Shown piece after piece: positions 1 through 11,000 of a stretch of DNA of 64,000 bases. This DNA comes from Klebsormidium nitens (lineage: Eukaryota; Plantae; Klebsormidiophyceae): NCBI GenBank assembly GCA_000708835.1, contig DF236952.1, positions 62,001 to 126,000 on the forward strand. Direction: 5' to 3'. Position 1 is the first letter of the stretch; every line of letters starts with the position of its first letter. The translations under genes were made by a program, and so were the position numbers. The notes under the pieces are model-generated. The model searched no databases and was not told the DNA's origin. It saw only the letters and a program-made list of their open reading frames with translations.

Positions 1-501
1 GAACAGGCAAAGCTCAATCAGTTCCGGGTAAGTGGCGATCGTTACGATTGTCTCAACGGCGGGTGTGAGAGCTTCTGATGACAGGCCTGGCGGGACAAGA
101 TGAGAAAATTTTGTTGATGCGGAAGCATCAGAGAGTGTGGTAGGTGTTGCGCCTGTGCTGCGTCGATATAGAGATCAATCTCTTTGTAGCTGACTGAAGG
201 GTCGACAGGCGCTTGAATTGGATAAACAGAGCAATGCACCAGTTTGATTCAAATGGCGGGCTGGTCTCTGTAGTTGGGCGTGTTTGTTGATTATCTGCTG
301 GCATTTGGCACGTTCTCATGCCTCTAATGTTGCCTTGGTGCACTCTCTTATCAGAGCGCAACGATGACTTAGAGCGGCAACCTTTCTAGATGAGTGTCTT
401 AGAATCTTTATTACTCCACTGAACACCCGGTATCGGTTTGCGTGCAGGCGCTGATTGGGGCTTCAGGAGGAAAGATAAGCATATCAAAACGGGCCGAATG
501 A
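1..501 (+). CDS. Probable 3' end of a gene entering from the left edge (…EQAKLNQFR|ALIGASGGKISISKRAE*), function unknown
   Basis: Strong donor CGG|gtaagt after position 27 and acceptor gtgcag|GCG at 448. The two pieces join in phase 0 and run to TGA at 499-501, with a 420-nt intron typical of this window. No family recognised. Confidence 0.4.
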
Positions 502-1235
502 AAGAAACCTTCTGGTTTTGAGAAACTCAAGTGTGCAGATGTCCTTCGTGTACAGCTACTGTCGTATTTGTCGTACAATGTACTGCAGTCCGACAGCTCA
601 TGTCCATGCCATATGGAGTCATAATGACCTTAAAATGATTGTACCAGACGGCCATAAACCTAGTGTGTAGTCATTCCGTAAGCATGCGGCCACATCGTGT
701 GCGGATCGTCAGTGCAAGACCGTCTATGTTTGACGATGCTAGAGACCCATGCCCACATGAATCTGAGCGTATCCTACTCGTGAGTCGTGTATGCCTATCT
801 TACTACAAAGGCCGGCCGCGCAAATTTGTCAGAAGTTGGGTCATACGCAGCATGCGTGCGCCGCAAACGAAGGATACTGCAGCTGGCACACAGAATTGCA
901 CACATGTACCTATATACGGTCACATGCCCGCGGCTGCGGTGTGCATGGGCCAACTGTTCGACGATCGACAAGCACCGTCTTATAGCTGCCGACGACGCGG
1001 TCGCTCTGCGTATGCCAACACATCAGGTCATGTTTCCATGCATATATATGCACACCCGATCTTTCAAAACTCGATCGACCAGAAACTTCAATTGACCCCC
1101 GCATGGAAGCGCAATTGTCATGTAGACAATCAGATGCGAATGTGCTATCTTTATACACGATATAAATGATAAGTAACAGTGTGCGAGCAACTTGGCTTGT
1201 TGAAGAACCCGTCTCGCCTTGTTGCTTTCGATCAG

Positions 1236-4200
1236 TCAATGCGCGAGGCCCTTCGCTCTAAGAAATAACCTGTACAACTCAGCGCCCCCCTCGTGGCATC
1301 CTGGCATTTTCGGCGCTTCAATGTCCACTTCCTCCTGCATGATACGTCACCAGGAGCACGATAAAGGCAACAGCCAAGAGCAGAAACCAGCACCTTCTCC
1401 AGCTCGATATGCATTCTCATAGCGGAAGGACTTAAAGTCGATCCTCGTTTGTTCTTTTTGGCTCACTACTACCGTCCCTTTAAGAATTTTAAGCCGACTC
1501 AGAGGACACCCCTGGCAAATGTCAACTGATAAGTGCAGGGTCTGACCCACTCTTGAGATGTTGGCCAAGAGGATCCGTACCCTTGAGGATGACGAGAGTG
1601 ATCTCTTGCCAGCGATTCCCGCAGGCTTACATACGTCTGCGGCTTGTGAATGAAGCTAATCAAGCAGCGTTTACTTCGATTGCAGACCGTGCAGAAGTGA
1701 AGGCACTCTCTTCAGTTTCTGGTTTATCGGCGAGCTCGCTTGAAGACAGAGTCAGAAAGCTCACCTGCGTGCAAGCAGTCAGCTTCGTGGACTCGTTCTT
1801 GTCCATTGCGGTGGCATAGTGCTGTTGAATCTCGGAGGAGGAGAGAGCGCATTGAACGTAGAAGAAGGCCGTGGGCCGCATGCTCGTTTTCCGTCGACTG
1901 ATGCCAAGGAAGACGGGAGGGGACTGCAGAAAAGCAGCGATGCATCGCATCATTTGAGGGGAGAAGACAAGCCCGAGCATTACCATGATAAGTAGAAGGG
2001 GAGAGAAGTTTGAGGGAAAGTTGCCGCATTTGGAACAGCGTTGCAAAAGGGGCTAGAGGAAGACTTGACGTTGAAAGGCGTAGTAAAGCCCTTGCCTTGT
2101 TCGTCCCTTTCATTCTCAGATGGATACCTTTTATGTAGATCTCTTGAGCAGAACGTAAACCAGAGTACAGTACAAAAGCCTGAAAAGAGTTTCTTGAGAG
2201 GAACACCGGTACGTGCAGGTTATACCCCTAGGCTAGACTTCCTGCCAGCTGACGTGACCACAGTTGCTAGTTTGAAAATTTGTCAAGGAAGAAGTATACA
2301 AATTATGGAGACAGGCTAAGGCGATCACCGGCCATGGGAGGGAGTCGTCTCCATGAAACTCCAACTTGAAAAACTTCAATTTAGAAAGTCTGCTCGGAAG
2401 AAGACAAAGTTGATGCTCAAGAAAGGTATACACGTACCAACGTGTCTAAGGGGATGCCTGTCTCTTCCAAAATCTCGAGGAGAATTGCATTGAACATCTC
2501 TCTGCTGATGGCAGCATTCCGCTCCGACGCAGAGGTCCCTGGCTCAATGTCATGCCCAGCAATCCCGACCACCTTCGGCTGCAAAAGTATTAGAAGCTGC
2601 TCAGATGGAGACTGTCGATGGCGTCACAAGAGTAATCAACCAGCCCTGGTTGAGTTAGGTTGTGCCTCAAGACTGCACGGAAGAAGCGAGGGGGTAGCGG
2701 CAATGGGAGACGAGGCGAGGTGCTGCAAGCTGGGACGCGCAAGCTAGCATAATTTGTGACTTGGCTAAATTGCTTTTCGGACAGATGTATTAGGAATAGG
2801 GACTTTTCAACGCTCGTATTCTGGACAAAAAGCTACTAACGATAGAACCCGCTGGTTGAAAGAACGACCAGGAAACCCAAGAGAAGGCGCACCATCAATG
2901 CTTGCTGCTTCGTAAGGACCCCCCCTACAGGTAGACGGCAATCTGAATCTGAAAATTGATGCTGCTCAACCACAAGACGACTATGTGCTGGCAAGGTTCT
3001 GGCAGAATGCACATGTGAACCTCATCAGAGATCCAGGCTTTGTGCCTGGACGGAGATATAACTAGTTCCAGTCCGCAACCAATAGCCTTTCTCACAGCGT
3101 TGGCCTCCACAACCTCGAGAAACTAATCAGCAGAACCTTAAAGGACCGATAAAGCCAAACTGGCATGGACTATTACTTGCTTCTGGGAGACTGAACGGAG
3201 GAGCAAAGAATAGTTAGAAGCAAGAATGGAAGAGAGCGCGTACCTCTGGATGGCCGCCAGGAAAGACAGGCTGGCCTGGGCACTCGCCAACATCGGTCCC
3301 TCTTTGCAACACAATTACTCTGTTGTCCGATGTTTCGACTATTGCGCCGTTGCCTAAGTTGCTGGCGATGTGGCGACACAAGGCCACATCATCTGTAAGA
3401 GCACGGTAGAAGTCAAGGAAGTGTGGGCAGGCACGGCTCCAGGTAGCTTCAGATGAGGTCAGAATGTCAAGCTGGTGCATCTTCTCCAACCAATTCCTCT
3501 CAGACTACGTATTATACAATCCCACAATGTCGTACCTTCCAGAACAAGAGGCTGCCTGGATAGAAGTTGGAGGCAGCTAGAAAGACCACATGAATAGAGA
3601 ATCTGCGAACCAACTGGAAAGCAAGCGAGAAAAGTCCATCCTCAGATCATCTAAAGCAACCATAGGTACCTTGGGCCTCCGGAACCACGAACTCTTGCCA
3701 GCGAGGACAGAGGGCCGTCCCCACATGGTGCTTGTAGTCTGTCAGGCCCAGCTGCAGGCAGACTCTGCTCGGATGACCATCCTGGGATTCTAGGATTTTG
3801 CACCCACCATACTGCAAGTCAGATAAGGAAGAGTAAGGATGTGAGAAGGTGCCGAGCGATGCTGACGCATCCGTATGATGGTATCGCACGACAGGACAGC
3901 AGCAGGACCTAGGCAACAAGGCAACTTGTGGAGAGCGTGATGGCTACAATATGCGATGCCTTTTGATAGATGTAGTGGCAAGTGAGCCACCAACCATTTA
4001 CTGTTGGTGTTCTCTGCATAGCTACCACAAGCATCTGTGGCAAAACAGAACAGTTGAAGCGACAGAGATCTTCTTAGCATCCAAGGAGATATTGGCGACA
4101 AAAAGCTTCACAAGATAGTTGGATATGAGCTGCTTCCACCCCCACCCTAACATTAAGATGTCCTCCTCTTGGCTGCTGTTCCTTACATTTGCACCTAATA

Positions 4201-4556
4201 TGATGCTGCTGAAGTGTGCAGTAGACGTTTCCATGCCCCTCAACAACAACGAGCAAAGTTTGTATGCTAGTAGTGCTCGTGGCACGGACCCAAGGCTTGT
4301 GCGCGGTTTCGCAAAGACTGACATTGCTTTTTAAGCTTACCCGGAATTTGGACCCATTGAATAGAGACGGCTGCCGGGCCAGTCTTGCCTCCCAGGTCTG
4401 ATCAATGGAGCTCTCAAGTCCAGGGTCTGGATGTGGTGAACGGTCAAATGCAGGGCTGAATTCGACAGTCAGGTCGTCTGCTAAAATGCCATTTGAGCAC
4501 ACGAGGGGCAACACAAAAACTCGTCCCTGGTTGCCTGATTCAGAAAGAGAGTCCAT
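1236..4556 (-). CDS. NUDX9: Nudix hydrolase of the plant NUDX9 / animal NUDT22 type, 6 exons, 301 aa
   Basis: Exons 4556-4341, 3811-3670, 3392-3244, 2578-2438, 1923-1765, 1334-1236; all GT-AG and phase-consistent (906 nt). Motifs DRSPHPDP…LFNGSKFRYGG, VCLQLGLTDY, LGNGAIVETSD, VFPGGHPEP, ILEETGI, FLGISRR…RPTAFF and KMPGCHEGG follow Arabidopsis NUDX9 as recalled. Confidence 0.92.
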
Positions 4557-5234
4557 GTTGTGGGACTGACAGTGGGAAGGCACGAAGGAGTCTCTGGACT
4601 CCTGCTCAGCTCTGTCCACTTTGACTGGCAACAACCAACCACAGCAGCCTCCTCAATAACGATCTGCAAGTTGGCACGCCGCCCTCAACTTCTTGAGTGG
4701 CAGAAGATTACTTTAAGTGTACTCAAAAATTGTTCATCGTCAATGCCCCGCAGATTCCAAGGGCTGCATACTGAAATACCGTACACGCAATTGTCTTGAT
4801 TCTCTTCTGCAACAAGAGCCCTACAAGAGCAAGGGCAAGGGCGTCCTTCAGTGTCGCTGCCGCTGTGAAATGCAGCTCAGCCTGTTTTGCATGAGTTGAA
4901 CCTGAGCATGCATGCAATGCAGTGTCACTGTATGGAGCTGCCGGCGTCAGAGTGACGCGAGCGGGATCCCTCTCTCGGACGGCTCAAGTCACTGTCAAGT
5001 GCGGAATCGCTCGAGAGAGCTTGTTCCTCGCTTGTTCAGGGATAGCTCAGTTTGATTAAGGCTTGAACTGTAATTGAGGAGGACCAGCTGAGGCTACGGC
5101 CTATGCCGTTTAGCAGCTCGTCTACATAAAAGTTCGTCATGCATTGCGTCTAGCTAATCTACTAATCACCCATGCCGTCGCTCGCTGAAGGATGACCATT
5201 GACGAGGCAAATCTTTGGTGCTGACCATGGCCTC

Positions 5235-6208
5235 ATGGCGGACGACCAGGTGAATGTTAGGCCTAAGACTCCCTTCAAAGACATTCAAAACGAGTTGAAT
5301 GTTGTGCCCCAGCTCAAGACAACCGGAGCATTAGCCAAATATCTGAAGCGGCATCTTGAGGTGATTTTACGTTCTGCATCTTGTGCGCTCTACTTTTGCA
5401 GGCAGCTGCCAGCACAAAGCACACGGTTTAAAGGCTGGAGATCTTCCAGAGCATACTTCATTCCCGTTCAAATAACGTTTCTGACATCAGAAGAGTACAC
5501 TGCTGCTCATCTCATGCTTCCTGGCCCCTGAGCTCTAGGCTGCGCCATCAGATGCTGTGGAACCGCGATTTGGAGCTTCTCAGGCCCCGGAGAGCTGCTT
5601 AAACTTGCTTCAAGGGCAGGTCAACTCGTGACATCAATTGAAGTAGTGAACCCTTGTTTTCTCTCCAGACCTGGTTTCAGTTCAGGTCAGCTCCACATGT
5701 GGTTCATGACATCCTTTGAAATGGTGGTTAAAACCTGTATCTACATTCTCAGGGCTGGTTTAAGGTCAGGTGAAGTGGTTGGTTAACTCCTTGTTTACTC
5801 TTTTGCCTGTGCAGGTGGAGTCTTGGATTGCATACAGCCGTGCCCACGCACTGAAGCAGCTGAGGTCCAAGGCGGATGCAGCGCACCCGTGCCTCCTTGT
5901 GGTCTTTAACATGGCTGAGATACAAGCCCGTGCAGAAACCGTGCAGTTGACACCCGCTGAAGCATTGCAGGCCCTTGACGGGGCGTTCACTCACTATGGG
6001 GCCCGCGTCGAAACCTTTGCGGGTACTCAGGATCAAAAGGTCACGAAGGCCTGCTACTTCAAGAAATTTAGAGATTCCGAGACAGTGAGTAATCAATGGC
6101 GGGTTCTTTTACGCTGTTGTGTGTGGAGGACAGTGTGCAGATAGTGCGCCTGATGAAGCTACTAGAGCACGTGGACAAGTTGCTTGGAAGTTTGTCTATT
6201 AATGGAAG
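5235..6208 (+). CDS. Hypothetical spliced gene, no recognisable family; 3' end unresolved (may extend to the coding-like ORF at 6490-6837)
   Basis: ATG at 5235; exons 5235-5360 (gag|gtgatt), 5815-6084 (gtgcag|…aca|gtgagt) and 6141-~6208 join in phase 0 to give MADDQVNVRPKTPF…VESWIAYSRAH…KACYFKKFRDSET|IVRLMKLL. No motif identified. Confidence 0.4.
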
Positions 6209-8002
6209 GTTTGTGGTTTCGAATGTAAACGAGCATGCGGATGTGGAGAATGTGACGCACTGGCATGGTCTGCAGGAGGGACAACAAAGAAATTTGTGTC
6301 AACTAGATTGGGCCCACTGTTGGCAATCACTCTTTTGACTGCTTGGTTCAGATCTGCTGTCTGAATACATCCATAATCAGTAGAGCCTCACGTGAAGATG
6401 AACATGAATATAACAAAATTCTGCACTCACAAAGGTTTGGGGTTTCTAACAGCCAGTGCACATTGCGTTCGACACTAAGGCGCTAGAATATGCTAGATCT
6501 GATGTATATACAACATACACTGACCTTGGTCGATTCTTTTCTATTTATGCCGGTCGCCTCGACTCTGCAGTGGGCGTTCACACCAAGCCAGAACCGCCTG
6601 ATTGAGATGGCGGGTGGGGCTGCGCCACCAGAGTTTGCCCCGGTCCCAATCACTTCTGCCGACCTCCTTTTCATCAAGGATGGCAGCGTGGGCGACTGCG
6701 CCAAACTCCATTTCTTTGTTAAGCGCTGGTATGTGATCCACCCCCTAGTGAGATGCTTCAACTGCTACCATTGTAATGATGCCGCAACACCAGTTATAAC
6801 TGAGTCATGCAACGTGCAGAGTCCGTTGCTTGCTTGACCAATGGGTTGATCGGTGTCGATCATTGCTGACACGCTCTTAGTTTCTTACTATAGCTAATCG
6901 GAGAAACCTGAATTTGAGTCGGCCTAAGGAATTCAACTCACTTGTGATGCAGAACAGCTCAGTCGGTGATCACCTCCTCGTCGATCAACTCTTTCCGGAT
7001 CTTGGAGAAATGTATTGCGGCAAAGTCCTCCACTCTCAGCGCGATGTCAGAAAATTTGGCGGCCGACGTAAACATCTTCTACAAGCACTCGGAATCAACA
7101 TTTCCAACTTGATATATATGCTAATTGACTTCTCATCTTAAATATATACAACTATATCAGTGATCTGCATGGTTGATATACATCAAGTTCACCCGGATGC
7201 ATCATGCACATGCTAAGTCGGTTGCATAAGTGGCCGGCATCAGCGGTGCAAGTCCAGTTGCCACATGATGGCCCGAGCCTTGGCAAGAGTCGCGCTCAAT
7301 ATGATCAAGAGTCGACTGAATGAGCGCGACCGTCTATGCTAAGTCAACGTCAACATCATGCAAGACATGAGTGACCCTGAACTTGAGCAAAACTCAATGA
7401 TAGATCTGCGACTAAAGATAGTTTGATATCTTGCATGGATCTCACAATACCGCGTCAATCTATGCGTAAGCGGTGCACGCTCATGCAATTGTTGGCACAT
7501 GTTCGAGTGTCTTAATCTGCTGGCTGATCAATGTAGATCGACCATGCACGACGGTAATTATGATGCATGCTTTTTAGGTTTCAATCCAAAACGCCATAGC
7601 TGCAAGTCCAGAGGCCACAGGCTACGGCTACTCATGATACATAAGAAGTGGGTCTGTCATTCTGAAGGTCATCATTCGCAAGCAGATTCAAAAGCTTTAA
7701 GCTAGCGACAATATTTTTGTACACAAAGTTTAGCAAATCCTTCCTCCGTACAACTGGTCCGCGTCCCATGCTTTCAGGTTCACCGCAAAGGGCACAAAAG
7801 TGTATCAAACACGCTAAGTCCGCGGGAAAACGTGGGTTTAATCGAGCGTGCTAACATACTGTACACAACCAACACTCGTGTTAGAATGCTAGTGCAAAAG
7901 ATAGGATTAAGGCTCCGATACCAGGAGCTTGCGTAGCAGGAGTGACGACCGAAGCTTATTTTCGCTGTAAGGCTACACCCTTGGAAGCCCCCATCTTCAC
8001 AA

Positions 8003-11000
8003 CTATCGCACTTTGCTCTTCGTCCTTTTCCGGAGGGCCAGGTAAACGAACAACCGATACAGCACCATCCAACCGATGAGCACCAACGGCTCCCAAGGCC
8101 ACTCGTTCGCATCTCTCTGCAAAAGACGGAGTTGGAAGGGTTGAGACACAGTACCTCTTTCTACGTCGGCTCGCTTGTAGGAAAATCTTCTTTGAACAGC
8201 GTTCTCGGACTGAGGGTTCCAGTACTAGAACTTTATTAGCAGGTGAGGCTGCTAACCACAAGACAACCAATCCTTTGGCTTCACATCTAACTCATTGGGC
8301 ATTCCAAAAACTGTACCCAAGGACGAATAGATTTCCGCAGGTTTAAATTAGAGGCTGCAGATCAGGAAGCGGAAGCCGTCGAGTGCCGGTTTCACCAGTC
8401 AGAACAGGACGGACGTCTTCTTCCAAAAAGTGATGTATCTAATCTGGTTGCTCTCGTCTCCTAAGGTAACATCGGCATCCGCCCATCCGACTGATCAATG
8501 GTGGAATCCCATGCTTCAAGGGAAGACTGTTGTGAAGGAAATCCTCCAGTCCTTGACTTCTGTTTCTGCAATAATAAATCTGTAACTTCTGAGCAACTCT
8601 GCTATCAGAGCAATTTGTTTACCCACCTGCAGGTTCAGCGCGGCTGAGGGATCCTCGAGGCGCGTGCAGATGTCGGGGTGGTTCTGCGGGCTGGAGACCG
8701 CACCAGCGGCTCCGCAGTCGTAGAGCGGCGTGTCATGGAACTGGATCTTTTGCAGCAAGTTGTAGCCGTAGTAGATGAACGAGAAGTACTTGAGCCACGC
8801 GATCCACGCGTGGATGCCTTGCACGAAGAAGCCGGCGACCTGCGAAGAAAGGGAGACATTATTTTAGAAATAACAAAGGTGAAATGTATTTGAGCCAGGC
8901 CGATTGACCGTGTTGCTCGACCGCCTGCGCCGTGGTGTCCTCTGAAATTTGAGCAATAAAACCTTGAAGATAGATTGGGTTGGAGGAGCATGATGCGACG
9001 AGTGGGGTGCGGACAACGTGTAAGGCTAACGTGCGCAAAGAAATCGTTAGAAGGAGGGCGGCGAAACAGGGACTCAATAGGAGACAACAGAAAAACTGCA
9101 ATCTTGCGCACTGTCTAATCAGCGTGAAGAATCTGAAAGAAAGCGGAGTTAAAAGCAGGTTCTGCAATTCTGATTCCGGAACATTCGAAACTACAGATTT
9201 TTCGGGCGGGGTGATCGGCACCATGCTGAGCGCCCCGCCGAAGACAATGGTTAGCCCAATCTCGGGGTTGCCCAGAAAATTTACTTTCAAAGTTCAGATT
9301 TTAGGAGTTCCAGAAACTACAAAAACAACAGATATGGGCAAAAGTTCAGCCCGACTCACCAGCACCATGCTGAGCGCCACAACGGAGACGATGGTCTGCC
9401 CGATCTTGGGGTTGGTCACGAGCGCGCCGACGAGCAGGCCCAGCGACTGCGCGGTCAGCATGACCAGGATCACGGACGCCCAGTTGGCGAAGAACGACCA
9501 CGCGTCGTACCTGCGGACGCAATTCGAGTTGGTAAACTTCAAGAGTTGAACTTGGGATGTATTCGAGCGGATTTATGGACTAAAGGCAGGACCAAGGACG
9601 CACAGTTGGCGAAGAACGGCCATGCGTCGTACCTGCGGACACAGTTCCGGTTTGCTATTAATTCAAAGAGTTGCACTTGGATGTGTTAAATGAATCACGG
9701 ACTTTAAGGCAAGATTAATGACGCCCGGTTGGCAAAGAACGACCACGCGTCGTATCTGCAGACACACTTCCGGATTACTGTCAATCCAAAGATCTAATCT
9801 TGGAATCGATGAAGCGGCTTTATGTGCTAAAGGCAGAACCAAGGACGCCCAGTTGGCAAAAACGACCGTGCATCGTACCGGCAAATACAATTATCAAATG
9901 AGCGTGAAGCTTGACTAACAATCAGCAGCCTTGGGTTTGGTGGAACCGATGTAAACGCTCGTTTGCAGAATGACGACTACAACTAGTAAATGCTGGTTAC
10001 AGAAATAGACTTCCGAAAAAGTTGCAGCACGGAAGAAAAGGCTGCAGACGAAGCACGAAAGAGAGCAGAAACCCACCTAAGCCCAGCCATGAAGTAGATG
10101 ATTGCAATGAAGATGGTGGGCAGCGTGCTGTCGACGGGCAGGTCCGACGCCATGCGCGCGAAGAAGAACGCGCTCAGGTGGTACATCCCGCTCGCGCGCT
10201 CCTTGACCACCATCTTAAAGACGCTGCTGAACGTCAGCAGCGCGCCGATCATGGACCGTATGGACAGGAACATCATCTCGAAGAAGAGCAGCCCGCGAAG
10301 GTTCTGGGCGTCCGCGACCGTCGGGTTCTGGCCCTTTTGCAGCCAGAAGAGGCCTGGCCGAATGGAAAAGATAGAGGTTAATGCTGCGAAGGAAGTTCGC
10401 TATGATCCTCCTATTCTGGTGTCAGAAGTGGTCCAGATACGACGGACAATTGAGGGTGGGTTGCGTGGTTAACGATGCGGAGAAAGAAAACAGACCAACG
10501 TCTCCAGTATCATCAGTGAGTAAGGCGCGTCTCAAAGACGCTGTCAAGCGACGGTGCTTTGAAGGGACGGGATTCGTGTGCCTTATCGACAACTCAAAAG
10601 AATCAAAGACGTGGCGAAAAAGGGAAAAGGCGCAACAACCTTGCTCTGTGCAATACAGAACAAGTGTTCGTACGACCCTGAGCATTATCCGGCGGAAGAC
10701 AGTTCGGAAAGCCTCATTCCGAGACTCAGAAGGTCAACTCGTAAGAACTTAACAACCATAGCGATGGAGAACCAGCTTACCCGCGAGCAGCCCCGCTGTG
10801 AGATGATGCTCGACGTCCCACTGGCTGCAATAAAGTTTTATCCTGAAGAAGTCGACCTTGGTTTGAACCAACGGGAACGGACATAAAGCTCACCCGCGAG
10901 CAGCCCGACAGTCATGTACTGCCCGAAGTCCCACTTGCTGTAAGACAACTCCAAACTGCCTGCTTTTGAAAAGCATGAACATTGACCCGAAGTGACAAAG

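Noticed and set aside
639-1169. 176-aa plus-strand ORF between two convergent genes
   Set aside because: No motif, no splice signals linking it to neighbours, and low-complexity catg/tata-rich composition like other spacers here; probably spurious.
2438-3392. Nudix box interrupted by a long insertion (GGHPEP…REMFNAILLEILEETGI)
   Set aside because: This split box is the normal state of the NUDX9/NUDT22 family, so it is not novel.
5037-5090. tRNA-like start (gggatagctcagtttgattaaggcttgaactgtaattgag)
   Set aside because: An A-box-like segment and a weak anticodon stem are present, but there is no T-arm/B-box (GTTCRA) or acceptor-stem partner. At most a relic.
6959-7078. Minus-strand exon-like stretch (ttgtag|KMFTSAAKFSDIALRVEDFAAIHFSKIRKELIDEEVITD*)
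   Set aside because: It reads like protein, but I could not attach an upstream exon or start; insufficient support.
8462-8566. Alternative ABCG last exon (KQKSRTGGF…PMLP*)
   Set aside because: It has a plausible acceptor but lacks the final TM helix; the exon at 8116-8003 gives the canonical C-terminus.
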